Origin: Lingula anatina
Taxonomy: Eukaryota; Animalia; Brachiopoda
DNA length: 64,000 bases
NCBI GenBank assembly: GCA_051362555.1
Contig: CM120641.1
Span: 27,038,401-27,102,400, forward strand
Direction: 5' to 3'
The position numbers and the translations under genes were made by a program. The notes beneath the pieces are model-generated. The model ran no database searches, was not told the DNA's origin, and was given only the letters and a program-made list of their open reading frames with translations. Positions 32,967 through 47,102 of this stretch are shown piece by piece (position 1 is the stretch's first letter; each line of letters starts with the position of its first letter).

Positions 32967-35900
32967 GTCTTGCTTGGTAGTGCGTATATCATCAGAAAGA
33001 CGCTATCCATCTCATGAACACTAAAATTGCCTCAGAGTCATGGTATGACTCCGGCATCTTAGTAATTACCAAAGGTTACAAGAATCATCACATAATAATA
33101 ATAATAATAATAATTATTATTATTATAATTATAATAATAAAATTGGTTAGTATATCTAAAGGTATAGTTATTGTGAAAATCAAATTGTGATGTAACCGTA
33201 CACAAACAGGCAGTGGTTCTTCTAATTAATTTGATTACAAGTCTGTTTTGTTTTTCTGGAAGTTTATTATCATAATGCATTTTTCCAGATCTCATACAGA
33301 ACAGTTGACCAATGAAAGAGACAAATTAAAGTCTGATGTGAATGATGCCCTAAACAGAAGTACAATTCTTGTCAAAGAGGCAGATGAAAGGCATATGAAA
33401 ATGGAGAAGGAATCTGAAACTAAGATAAAGTGAGGACTGAAAACTTCTAAAGAACTTATGATAATTATTAATGTTGTTGAGTATCTAAAAGATGACGTAG
33501 AAGATCTTTTGGTTTTTAAATCAAGTTTTGTTTAAGCTGGGGAATAAAACTAACTTGTCATCACTAGTATTGTCATAAAAGTTATTGATTAAAATGAGAC
33601 ATTGTTAACATATATAAATGAAATATCATTTAAGACTACTAGAGAAGAAATACCAAGACCAGATTAAGCAGCTGCAGTCAAAACTAGAAGAAGAAACTGA
33701 ACATTTAACCACCCAAGCAAGAAAACAGAAGCAAAAGTTGGAACAGGAATTGAATTCTATGAAAGAAGAAGAAATCAAATATAAAGACCAGATAGCAGAA
33801 CAGCAAAGGGTAAATATGTATTGTTTCTTTGTTGATATTTCAAAGTTAATGCTATAAGTAGATTTTGAACCTTAGATTTGCAATCATACAAAAAGATAAA
33901 CAAGTGCTTTTGACCTCTTATGAATGGAACATTTTGAAACCCCACTACTAATTAAGGAGAAAATAGACCTTTAAGCAAAAAGAGAAAATACAATTAATGA
34001 AAAGAAAATACAATTAACGAGGCTTATATGTTTTATTTTTTCATATTACAGGAGATTGAAAAACTAGAGAAGGAACTGGGAGATGCCACTGAGAAAGTGA
34101 TGGAACTGCAAAAAGTTAACTTCAAACAACAACGAGAGCTAGATTCAGTGGCAGAACTGCAAGAAAGGGTAAGATTGCATAAACAAGAGTGATCTTGAAG
34201 AATGTGTTTATAAACCTAAAATTGGCCATTCTTTTTCTGTGAAGAATTTAGAAATGAAAATTTATGTAGGTAGGTTGGGGAGACAGATTTAAACAGAGGG
34301 TCCAATATGAAAATAAACATTTGGATATGGCATACTGGAAAAAAATTTTTTGAACCGATGTTTCATATAAGTGAACATTTCCTTTAGAAAATAGGATCCA
34401 GGTTTTTGATTATAACATAATGTATTTCTATTTTTTTTTCTTTCTATATAGTTAGCAGAACTCGAGTCAAACAGAGACCTCATGAAAGATGAACACCAAA
34501 AATTTACACAGCAAAAACTAAAACAAGTGGAGACAGAAAACAAGGTGACCTTGTATTTATTATTGTGATTATTTCTAAATTATATCTAAATTATATCATT
34601 CTGACTTCTGAATTTGTTTGAATGAATCCCATGATTGAACATTTGTATATACAGATGTTGTATGTGTCTGTATGTATTTTGGGTGTCTGTGTCATCTGCG
34701 TTGCAGTCATGCCAGTACCTGCAACTGCAAATGATTTTTACAAAAGTTGTTGATTTTTTTGAACATATTTTGATGACATTATCCCATGATTGATGTACTG
34801 TATTTATTTTATTTTATATTTGCTCTTTTGGTAAAGGCAGATTTCTTTTAAAAATCAGCAGGCAGCACATGATCTGATAATTTTTACAAAAGATATTGAT
34901 ATTTTGCTTTTTTTTTTTGGTAATGTTTATCCAGCTGTCCTTTTTTCTGTTAAATGTCTGCTTATTTGACAGCTTTGCTTTAGAGTTACCCTTTGGCATA
35001 CATTTTACACATTGCACACCTTGTTTATCAATACAGGAACTAAGGGATAAGAATGATGAGCTGACAATGGAAGTCGAGACTCTAAAACAGCAGTTATCCT
35101 CCAAGAAAAGAGGGAAGTCAAGAAAGTCTAGTGAACACAATAAGCCAGTGAGGAGTGGGTCGTTACTGTCAGACTACACCAAACCTGTGATAGTCAAAAG
35201 GGCAGGAAGGTCTTCTTCAGGTTGGTTGCAGCATAACCATTATCAGATATCTTTTGTCTCTCGTGACATGCTTATGTTAATGAATCCCGTTGTATCTTTG
35301 GGATGTGCATAAAAATAGCAAGCTCAGTTGTCAGGTACATTTTTGTTGGAATTTTTAGGTAAGTTAGTCAGAAAAGTTTTTTTTTTCATATTTTTATCAA
35401 TGCTTTCTCTCATTTACCTAGCATATTCTTTTTTTGTGACTACAAATTTAACCCTGTACTTCCAAACAAATCAATTTTACAATGCTTTCATTCTACACAT
35501 GGACTTTCCTTACATAAACTTCGGCTACAGCAATGTTTATGGGAGTATACATCTATCTGTTTATATAAAATTATGTATGTTTAGAAAATTCTGATGAGGA
35601 TGACAGTATGGCAACTGGCAGACCCCGGCGACGTCTGCCATCCAAACCAAATACTCAGGATATGACAGGGTCTAATGAAGAAGATGGTAAGACTTGTGCA
35701 GGATGAGTACTGAAACTATTGGAAACATGTTAAAGTGTTGAAAATATATTTTGTATGTTTTTAAACTTTATTTTATGTATATTGTGAATACTATAATAAT
35801 TCATGTTTGACATTTAGGTGAAAATATATGCTTCTTATATTTGAATATTTCTATCCATGCTATTGTGATAATGAAATTATTAATGTTAACTTTGTTTTTT

Positions 35901-38900
35901 GCATTTTTTACACCAGACAAGCTACAAACGGAGATAGACTCATTAAAACAACAGCAAGAAAGAGAGGTCAAAGAACTACAAAACCAGTTAGAAATGGAAA
36001 AGAAAGAAATAGAACAAGCCTACAAATTAGAGATTACCAAAGTCGAGGAAGACTTTGCCAAAGAAAAAGAGGACTTGTTGAAAGGATTTACTTCAGAAAA
36101 GGAAAAGGCCAAAAAAGAGTTTACCAAGGAGAAGCTGCAATTTGCAGAAAATCTGGAGAAACAGCTGGCAGATAAATTTGAAAATGAAAGACAGGAGCTG
36201 GTCATAAGATATGAATCAGAGAAGAATCTACTTGAGCAAAAGTTTGCAAAGGAGAAAAACAAGATGACAGAAAGGTATGATTATATGGGTTTTTTCCAAA
36301 GTTTTGTCTGTGCACAGAATGCCTTATTTTCCCATAGAAAAATACTGTACACAAAGACAGAAGATGACACAATTTTCACACTCTCACACATATATGAAAT
36401 AATTAATATCTTCCATCATCATCATCATTATCATTATTATTATAATTTTATTTTATTATTAACATAAGTTACATATTTTCTCCTTATGAATTCAGACTAA
36501 AGAAAGAGTTCCAAGAAGATCTCCGTGCTAAGCTCCATGAGCTCCAGGAGGAACATGAAAGGGATAAGCTAGTTCTGAGGGGTGATTTGACCAAGGATAG
36601 GGCAGAAGTGAGTAATATGCCATTATTTTCCAAATTTAAAAAAAAAAAAAGAAAAAAGAAAAGGAAAAAGAGTGTGTCAATTTGCATATACTGATAATGG
36701 AGCTGAAAAGAATCTGCCCAATGTCATTGTGTGTAGACATATATATATAAGATCAATCACCAAGAATTTCATCATTCTTTATTTAAATTTTGGGACATCC
36801 CAATGCTGACATCCCCTTTTACATGCCAAATGTAATTATTCATCTTTGGTTAAATTAATTATGTGATATTACATGATTCTACTATTGGTCATATCTCAGT
36901 GGGGGTAGTGATCTACACAATGGTGCCTCTCAGAGTAGTCAAGATTGTGATGATTTTTAAAAATTATGTGATTAATATCTGTCCCATTCACCCTTAGTTT
37001 GAAGAGGCAAACAGACAGAAGAAGGAGATGGAACTGAAAATGAAGCTACAGAAAGAGGAGATGGAGCTTGAATTTGCCAGAGAGAAGCAAAAACTTAGAG
37101 AGAATTTTTCACAGGAGAAAAGGGACATTGAGGACCAACACAGAATGGAGATTTATGATTATGAGAATATTTTTGTTTTAGTAAGTGCTTTGGCAAGTAA
37201 AATTAAATAAATTTAATTGTTACCATTTAAATATACTTGTTATTTTCAGCCAAGATTCTTGACAGCTGATACTTGATTATAATATTAAACTTATTTTATT
37301 ATATTGTTCGTGCACTACTTTTTTAATTGTCTCAAAAGTCTATAATTAATTGCAAATGAAAGCTATTGCGTTAACTACCTATATATTCTGTATCAGTTAC
37401 ATTGTATAATGTGTAAAAAATTAGTATCAACACATGTACATAAATAGGATGTTAGAATTTATTTTGGAAAAAGTGGTAACACAAAAAAAAATTACAGAAG
37501 AAGATATCATGATATGCGTAAAGACTGAAAGAAGCATCAATGAAAAAAAAAGTTGATTTTAAGTCATCAAAATGATTACATTACAACAGGCTTGTTCAAA
37601 TATGATTATAAATATTTTAATTATAGACATGAATTATAAATATATTATCTGAAAATTGTTCTTTTAATTTTTTTCCTATTTGCTCAATTTTTAGGGAACA
37701 GAAGGCCTGAAAGGTAAAATCAAGGATGATTTCTATGCTCTGTTGAAGAAGTGCACAGCGGAAGAAGTAGAAGAAGAGAGGGTGAAACTTTATGAAGATT
37801 ATGATAAAGAGAAGGAGGGAATGAAAGAAGCATTTGAACAAGAGAAGGCTGCCATTTGTAAGTTCTTGCATCAGTGTGTCACTGCCTGGACGGATTTTGT
37901 GCAGACATTCCCTTCAGTTACAATGCCTCATCTTATATGGCATACTTATCTTTTGTTTTAGTTCAGCTTTATTACAATTCATTACCTCTTAAGATTTTTT
38001 TTTATTCAAAAGTCCTATAAAAAAACTCAATACTTTTGATAAGCATTAATCAAAAGAAGATACATGTATCTTGCATTTAGTGGACTTTGGAATTCAATAA
38101 TTTGTATATAAATATATGTGTATATAATTTATTGATCACACTGAAATTATCTCCTTATAGCAAGGCATGATCTTAATGCCTTCACATGAAAAATATATAT
38201 ATCATATGCACATTAGTAACGTCATCCTTTGATATCTTCAGGCCAAGCTTTCACAGCAGAAAGAGACGAACTTGAGCAGACATTAAAGAAAGAAGTAACT
38301 GGAATGAGAGATCAATTTCAAGTTGAAAGAGATCGCCTGGAGAAACAAATCATACGCTACGAAGAGAAGCTGGAGAGCCTGAAAAGAGACCGAGATGCAG
38401 TGGAAGACAAACTCAGAGAACAGATAGATGAACTGGAAAAGCAAGGGGGAAGAAACCCTTATGATGATGAAGAGTTCATGGAGGAAGTCAAGGAAAAACT
38501 AGAGGTTGTTTTGCAGATAGTACTTTATATTTGAGTAAATTGATATTTAAAATACATTTTGAGCTAGGAAGCACTTCAAAAGCTCAGACCCAGGCTGAGA
38601 AAAAAGACAAGAAAAATATATTTGAAAAACATTCGGAGGAGGCAGATATATTGAGATATATGGAGATATGTAGGTGGAGATACATCAGTATTATTCGATT
38701 CATTTTCACCACTAGCTAAACTAGACCAAGTGTTTTAATTGGATTCCTTATACTTTCTGAACCTTAGAGGAAAAAAATTGCTGGTTATCATTTTTTATTA
38801 GATTTTTTTATACCCAACAGCTGCCACAGCATCACACTCTTGATATAAGTTCCCCATTTACATTATGACTATATTTTACTGCTTCAGGAGGAATTTATGG

Positions 38901-41900
38901 GTCAGCTGGAGAGAGTCCAGAATGCATTTGATGCTGAGCGAGATCAGTATGATCACAGGATAAGTCTTCTGGAAGAACAGCTGGAGGATATGAGGAGACA
39001 CAAGGATGTGGACGAGGAGAACCTGCGTAAGGCAGAAGAACTGGAAGTCAGGCACAAGAATCTGGAGAGAGCTAAAGCAAGGGTAGGGATGACTGACGGG
39101 ATGGTAGATCTGTTAGCTTTTTGTTACATGTAACAGTTTTTGCATTGTCATTTGATGTGTGATTTCACCAAGAGTTCTAACAGCATTTTGTTTATGGTAA
39201 ACTTTTATTTTTCGCTCTGACGTTTAAAAAAGCTGACCTCTCACCCTATTCTCATCTTTTATTTGTATTCCCCCATTGTGGCCACTATTCGATGGTGTCA
39301 TGATCAGTTATAATTCAAGCCCATAGCATGACACATTACATTCACTTGATTTAGACATCACAGTTCAGCATATGCTCACTTTCACTTTCACTTTAGGCAG
39401 AACAACAGATTGAGGACCTGAACCAAAGAGTAGATCAACTCCTCTCAGAGAACAGTGATATCAGGCACACCCTGGAGGGGAGGATAGAGAGGTTGGTGGC
39501 AGAGAAGGAGAGATTATCGCTGTCTGCCAAAGAGGACAGTTTGAGAGCGGCACAGCTAGCAAGCAGTCAGGAAAAGGTTGGTATATGTATTATGGCATTG
39601 TTATGGAGTTCTTTCGTCCTGGTTTTTGTGAAAATTGCTCTTTGATATGTGCACCGGTTGTGGCATTGTGTTTTGATTGTTTATTGATGTTATGGTAGGA
39701 TTTTGATTACCTGCATGCCCCCTTTTTGTTGAAAAGTAGCATATTATTAAATTAAATTGCCAACAGTTTAGAACATAATAAATTGAAACTTAATTAGACT
39801 TTGATTATTGCATATTTTGTTTTAATAGTTCCTAAAATTTAACAACCCATCAGTCATAATTTGCCTTGAATAGTTCTTTAGGCAAATTTCCATTGAAATT
39901 TATAATAATAATGCACGGTGTATTTGATTGGGTTGACTGTTTTGACTCACAGACACTGAAATGTTTGATTTGCTGTGGTTTGCAACTAATATTGAATTGT
40001 TTCCCCTTGCACCAAGGCTGCACAGGATGCACTGCACAGTGAGAAAACTGCACTGCAGCACAAGGTGTCTGAACTGCAAGACCAGGTCAGAGACTTAAAT
40101 ATGAGGCTGGCCAGCCTGGTGGCAATAAAGGTTAGCCCTTTTAGTATTAGGAAATGGAATGTATTCAGAAATATATGTACGGCTATGTATTTATGTGGCA
40201 AAAGTTGGAAATAGATATCCAAATTCCAGTATAGCTTGACCTCCTGGGGCATCATGCTGACAAGTTGCTCTTGGGGGTTCAACTCTTGTATGACACTTAA
40301 AGAATTCATGGGAGTTTTTAATGGAGTCTTTTGTATAATCCATGTAATGCAAGATAATTTTTGAATTGGTATCAAATATTTTTTTTGCTTGAATAATTAT
40401 ACTCAAATTTGACCGTAGGTGTTTTTCAGGACCTATTCAGATTCTACAGATACTTATTTTTATTCATGAAAAATTAGCCCTTCTGCTGTGTATTGGCGTT
40501 GATGAATATTCCACTGTCCTGCACATTCTTTCCTGTCACTTTCACTTCACATTTTTATTTCAATTCACATATTTCACTGAAGGCTGAGCACACTACACTG
40601 TTGGGAGAAAAGAACTCACTTGAGGATAGGTGTCACCACTTGCAACAAGAGCTTTTGAGTCTCAGAAATAAACTGACTTCCACTTCAGCAGCCCAGGTTA
40701 GTGCAAATATGTTATGTTTGTGTAAATAATAGATGTAGAATGTCTCTTTCCTACTTAACTTTCCGACTGTAACATTCTACATATAAATATACACTCGTTA
40801 TTATATATAACAGTCTTGCTAAATTTTATTTCAAAAATGCCTTCTACTAACCAAACTTGCGGTCAGAAATTCATTTGTATGAATTGATGTGAAAATAATT
40901 TATTGCTGTTGTGAAACACATTGGCAATTGTGCTGTGTAATGGATTTTTTTCTTTTTTTTCTGTTTAACTAATACTAACCATTGAAAGCTATATTTTCCT
41001 GATGGTTTATATTTGTTAATGCCCTTGTGATGGAAAATGTGCCTTTTGCCTTGAAATTCTTAGCCACTAACCCATTGCATGTACTAACATTTTGCTTAAA
41101 GGCTAAGTGTGAGATACTCTCCACTGAGAAACAGGCTTTAGAAAATAGACTGAAGGAATTGCAGCACCAAGTAACACTTGACCAGCTGAAATCTATGGAA
41201 ACTGATAAAATTAAGGTACTCTTTAGTCACTTTGATTTTTGAATTTTGAAAGGAGGTGGAAGTGATCAGATAGTATTTATGCCAAGAAAACACAATACAA
41301 GCAATGTTATGCCACTCAGATGTGACATCTGAGCTTCATTTGGAATAAATTGCTAGATTTAAGAATAGCCGAATGTTTCATGTGTCATAACTATTTGATT
41401 TTTTTTCCTCAGGAAAGAATGGAAAACTGGGAAAATGAACGCAATATTTTGAAGGGACAGCTGCAACAAGCTAATGATCAGGTGTGTGGCAAAATTGTTT
41501 CAGAATGTGATAAAACTTCTTTTGCAAAGTCTTTTTTTTAAGTTTAATTAATATGACCATGCTATATCTCAAGTAGATATTTGAAGAATTACTCTGCATC
41601 TTTAAGGCAACAGACAACATTTGTTTCTAAAAAAAATGACAACTTTAAGGTTGTCGGAAAAACATGCATTTTTTGTGATAAATGATTCAGAATATATTTT
41701 TACATTTGTACTGTGTTTTCTAAGCTCCTGGAAGCCAACACCAGTCTCTCGATTGCCGAATCTCAGCACATCCGGGAGATCCAGGATCTTAAGGATCAGA
41801 CAGAAAATATGGTGAATACTGCCATGTACAATGACCAGAAGTTACAGCTGGTGGGGGCAGAGAAGAAAATCAGGGAGTTAGAACAGGCACTTGAGATGAG

Positions 41901-42920
41901 AGTGACAGAGGGGAACAAGATACTTCTAGGTACAGAGTTAAAAAATGAAATTGAAAAAATGTAGAAAATAATAAAATTTTTCTTTCTCATGGTTTGTGTA
42001 TTTTTGCAGTTTTATTCTTTTTAGGTGTTGGCAATATAGATCAGTGCAGGTATATAGTGTACAAATTCATAAATGAGGACATTTCAGTTTGTTCAAGATC
42101 TTTGAAGATGCACTTTAAGATCAATTTATATTATGTAATTTTTGTGGGTGGTCTACAAATGTATTTTTTCTCTTCTGCTATGTAAAAAAAGGTTGTAAAC
42201 CATGACGATTGATTGATTTCATTTATTTCTTGCCAGACTCACAAGCAAGTCATAAGCGTGCCTTGAGAGAGACAGAGGAGGAAAAGGAAAGCACAGCTAG
42301 GAAACTAAAACAAACAACAGCTCTCCTTGAAGAGCAAATACTGAAATATAAAGATCAGGTAGGCAAAAGCTCAAGATAATGTTTTAATCTTGACCTGAGA
42401 GACACAATGCAGTCAGGTGTTTAACAGATATTGAACTCTCAAATAATTGTAGGAAGATTTTAATTCTAATTCTAATCTGAATCTAAAATAAAATGAGGGC
42501 AATGTTGCAATTAGATGGTCATCAGTGGTTATCAAAATATCAACTGTCAACTGACTGTGGGAAAAATTATCTTAATGTAATCTGAACCCAAAATGTAAGG
42601 GGGGGGGGGGGTTAAAATGAAATGCATCCTACACACTTTTATAACATCTTTATATCTCAAAATTCAAGCCATATAATTTTCATATCACAAATTCAGGTCA
42701 CCATATGTCAAAATATTTTTTTCCTGTTCAGTGTGAGAAGACAGCCAGGGCAGGGATGTTGGTAAAGGATCTGTATGTGGAAAATGCACAGCTCATGAGG
42801 GCATTGCAAATAACAGAGGAAAGACAAAAGAATTCAGAAAAACAGTGTTATAAATGGGAAGAAAAATATGTAGCTCTTCAAAGGGTTGTAAATAAAATTG
42901 TTCCAGCAGCATTAGGATAG
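25821..42920 (+). CDS. NINL: Ninein-like protein (EF-hand plus long coiled coil, centrosomal dynein adaptor), about 1464 aa
   Basis: 28 exons with consistent phases: 25821-25997, 26257-26368, 26792-26964, 27296-27392, 31182-31342, 31693-31958, 32287-32359, 32566-32708, 33289-33429, 33635-33809, 34052-34168, 34452-34544, 35037-35220, 35585-35686, 35917-36274, 36496-36607, 36998-37180, 37695-37857, 38242-38504, 38888-39082, 39397-39576, 40017-40130, 40583-40696, 41102-41215, 41413-41481, 41725-41929, 42237-42358, 42732-42920. Signatures: QLREVFDSCD..TGYL, PKYVKGSKKYGRRSKPEF, MFEAEGQ, LFERLDVDQDGQVSFDEF, and C-terminal KDLYVENAQLMRALQITEERQK...IVPAAL as in NINL. Confidence 0.9.
28231..28290 (-). 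mobile_element. Probable 3' end of a non-LTR retroelement (hairpin, AATAAA, (ATT)n tail)
   Basis: The minus strand reads caacc-TTCG-ggttg-cgattttcc-AATAAA-g(att)6. Confidence 0.45.
32764..33140. repeat. Cluster of (AAT)n microsatellites
   Basis: (aat)n tracts at about 32764-32786, 32922-32963 and 33092-33140. Confidence 0.85.
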
Positions 42921-43605
42921 ATGTGTAGTGCAATACACAAGATAGTCATAAAGTAGTGGTATCTTTTAAAGATTTTTTCATTTCTATTGAAAACAATATA
43001 TTTGGCTATTATATCTACTGTTTTTATATTTGTATCTTTAATTCTTAAATTTTGACTGAAGGCAATAGTTATCTAATAATTTAAAAGAGAATGATTTACA
43101 GATAAAGTTTTAAAATTAAATCCTGGAAAGCATTTGAAAGTTAAGTAAAACATGTAGCAATTTATTAATTTGTAGTATTGTTAATAAAATCCTTCTGACA
43201 CTAGCAAAAATAGTTTTGTTACAGTTTTCAATAACGCAATTAATAATAATGATAACTTGAATAGGGACCTACTGTCATTGTTTATAACATAAAAAACATA
43301 CGCTCCTAGTGAAATAATTTAAATTAATGGCATGTTTTTAATCATTTACTGTGTGGCAGTGGACATATCCAAAAAACATATTTTATATCCCAGAAAAAAA
43401 AGTAATCAGTTTCATTTCAGTTTTTTAAAGTTTACTTTCAATTACATACAATTTTTTAAAAATTTCTCTTAATCACATTATTAAAAAACAGACAAAGTTG
43501 GGTAAGCTTGATAAAAACAGCAAACATGTCATAACTTATCTTTGTACTCTGTTATGACTGTAATTAAGCAATTTTAATTGCTCTTGCCTGATTGCACAAC
43601 TTACT

Positions 43606-43770
43606 GAAGTGCAGCTCATGGTGAAAAGTAAGCCAAAGGTCAATTTCAAGGTCACAGTTAAATAGATTGCCTTTGTATTCAAGTTCAGTAGTAACTATCA
43701 GCATATATCTGCCAGTTTTGGAGGTATAAGGGATGGAAAATGTGCAAAGTTCAGTTTACCATAAAAAGTA
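43606..43770 (-). repeat. Single diverged monomer of the 146-bp satellite, about 0.7 kb downstream of the NINL stop
   Basis: catggtgaaaagtaagccaaaggtcaatttcaaggtcacag...ttcaagttcagtagtaactat...tgccagttttggag is the reverse complement of the 51321-52590 unit. Confidence 0.8.
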
Positions 43771-44796
43771 CAATGTATGTCTAAATCTGCCAATTAAAGT
43801 TCATTTATTAGTTGGAAAAAAGAATGTGGAAACCAAACTGCTTGTAGAAGTTTAAGTTTCTGATAAGATTTTATACTTTTTACTTATTTCAAATCAATGT
43901 TTTCACTTACACAGTGACTTACATAACATGCATTGCTATTTTGGAAATAACTGTTCTTTCAATTTTTACATTTTGCTTAGATGAAAAACTATCCATTGTG
44001 GACACTGAATTGACAGGCACTTTTAACTGCTGAACCTCAGATACAGTCTGATGTTGAACAGCATAATTTTGATTATACAGGTTGTTATATATAGTCATAC
44101 AAATTTCAAAATTTTATGTATGCTTTAATTAAATAAAATTTTAGTTATTTCCCTATATATGTTTTGCAAATAACAAATATGTATCACCATTAAATCATCC
44201 AAACGTTTTCATCTAAATGTTAAAATTTTCAGATATTGCTTAGATTTTTATGCTGTAAAGTGAGTGTGGGTGACCATTGACCAACCACTGACCCATTAAT
44301 GCATAGTAATGTGCCCTCTTTAAAAAAGTAAACTTGATGAACATCTTTTGGATACAGGCTATGGTACAATAGCTTTGTATCTTACTTCTTCCAAATTGAA
44401 TGAAAGTAAAATTTCATTTCCTGGCTCCTTATAATAGAAAGTTTTCACTTCCATTTTGAATTGAAGTTATATAATATGCAAATAAAAAAATCTAAGAATT
44501 AAAGAAGGGGCCTCAGACTCGATGAACTAGTAAGTCTTTAATAGTCACACAGCATCTAGTTATACCCAAAAGTATTCCTATAATCGAAAATGTTCTCTTT
44601 TAATGGTGTTTAAGTTCATATTTATGAAAAAGCTTAAATTGTTGATGAAGTTTAGCCTCAGCTGACACTATTGACCTATTTCTAATGAAGCATGACTTTG
44701 TTTACATGTCTTAATCAAAAAAAATGAAACGTCCTTTCCCAAAGCTGCATAAATATGTGCATTTTGTTGCTGTATCTTCTACTGCCTTCAAATGAT

Positions 44797-45948
44797 GAGC
44801 ACTTTCTCTCTCCTACCCCCACTTACAAAGTTGGCAAATTTTGACTGTTAGGCTACACTCAACTAGTTACATAATTTTCTAAAATAAAACTGTTGAGGCT
44901 CCAAAGTTTTTTACATAAGTATGATGCTATACCATAAATATAAATCATTCACCAAATACCAATTTCTTTTTCAAACAATATTTTTTTTTAAGAATTTGGT
45001 TTAAATTTATGAAAAATCCATAAAATTTGACCGCTTGTGACCTCTGACCCATTATCAATGACCCTTGACTTATTGCCATGCATAAATGATTTTAGAAATT
45101 AATTGTCCCATCCCTTTCCTCCATAAGGATATATAATGCATTGATATATCTTTCACCATATTAATGTAGCGAGCATTTTCTCTCCCCTACCCCAACTTGC
45201 AAAGAGGGCAAATTATGACTGTAAGGTTCATATTTAACTAGTTACATAATTTTTTTTAATAAAACAGTTGAGGCTCCAAATTTTTTTCATGAGTGTTTAA
45301 CTATACCATGTCTACAAATCATTCACCAAATACCAATTTCTTTCTCTAAAAAATATTTTTAAAAAGATTTTGGTTTTAATTTATAAAAAATCCATAAAAT
45401 ATGACCTCTTGTGACCTTTGACCCATTATCAATGACCCTTGACTTACTGTCATGCATAAATGATTTATGAAATTAATTGTCCCATCCTTTACCTCCATAA
45501 GAATATATAATGCATTGATATATCTCTAACCATATTGATGTAGCAAGGATTTTCTTTCCCCTACCCCCACTTTCAGAGATGGCATATTTTGGTCATTAGG
45601 TTCACATTCTTTTACATAATTTTCTGAAATAAGACAGCTGAGGCTCCAAACTTTGCTCATAAGCATAAGACTATACCATCTTTACAAATCATTCACCAAA
45701 TACCATATTCTTACTTAAATAATGATTTAAAAAAAAACTTTTTGGCTTTAATTTATGAAAAATCCCCAAAAATGACCTCCTGTGACCTTTGACCCTTTAT
45801 CAATGACCCTTGACTAATTGTCATGCATTCATGACTTTTGAAATAAACTGTCCCATCCCTTGCCTCCATAAGGATACATAAGGATATACAATTTATTGAT
45901 ATACCTGTTACCATATAGATATAGTAAGCATTTTCTCTCCCCTACCCC
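44797..45948. repeat. Tandem repeat, about 375-bp unit x3
   Basis: The anchor ttttctctcccctacccc recurs at about 44797, 45171, 45546 and 45926. Each unit has aaatcattcaccaaatacca and tgacctttgaccc..tcaatgacccttgact. Confidence 0.88.
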
Positions 45949-46790
45949 TATCTAGAAAAAGTCCTTGCTGCTGCAGGGGCGGGGTTATATAAGGTGTGAT
46001 AGCACTCAAAAAGCTACCAGTATGAGAAGGCTATCACACATATTTGGGCACTAGAGACATAGGCCTTACTAAAAAACACTATGAGAATTTGGCCCTTTTT
46101 TGGTACCAATGGCTGAAAATCAGGGGTCTGGCTCATGGACTAGTAGGTCAATGGTCAGTTTCAATTCACAGTTAGATTGGGAGTCATTTACTGGAATTTA
46201 CAGAACAATCAAATCTTACTTTTACTTTGGAGATAAAAGAATTGATTGGATTACAAATACCTCCCCAGATTTTGACAAAATATAGATACCGAATATGAGT
46301 TTTTTGTGCATTTCATTATTCAGAAATACATCTATATTTGTGCTGATTCAAACAATAAAAAAACTCAAAAATATAAAATATGTGCCTTTATATTTTTCAT
46401 AAGCATTGGCAAGTCAAAAATTTAATTTTGAGGTGAAATAGCAATCGGTATGAGGCATAACTTCATCCCTGAACAAGATTTTTGATTATCACAAGTTAAT
46501 TAATCACAAGTGTATGGGTATAACAATCCTGTGCCATCATTTTGGTTTAAACGTTTTTGCTATGGTGTTATGAGCCCCTAATTACAGATTTTCATTAAAC
46601 AAAGGCATTATTTTGCTTTATAAATGACAAAAACTGAACTAAAATTTAAGAAAAATTCCTGGCAGGGTTTTGGAGCACTAAATGGTGTGATTTAATCAGC
46701 ATTGAAATGGTCATCATAGGTGCTCAGGTAAAGGAGAAATTTGAGAAACCAATTTTTCAGTTTTTATCCCAAAGTCACAATTACTGGTAC

Positions 46791-47043
46791 CCCAGATAGC
46801 AAGATGATGTTGGGCCAACGTTGGCACAGTTGGCATTTGGTTCGGATTGGCATGCCGCAATTGGGCCAATGTTGGGCCAAAGTTGGCGCTTTGATGTTGG
46901 CCTGCCGCCATTGGCCTAACGTAGGACCAACATAATTTTTTTACGTTGATCCAATGTAGGGCCTACGTCATTTTTTAACCTTTAATTAAACTTATGTTGG
47001 GCCAGAGTCTTTTTTTTTTAATGTTAAGCCGCCATTAGGCCAA
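46791..47043 (+). mobile_element. Terminal fragment of a CCCAG-ended (CMC/EnSpm-like) element with subterminal ttgggccaa repeats
   Basis: Starts cccagatagca, followed by many palindromic gttgggccaac/ttggcc motifs. No matching opposite end was seen. Confidence 0.45.
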
Positions 47044-47068
47044 TATTTGTTGATGTCAGTTTGTTCTT

Positions 47069-47102
<34 letters not shown>

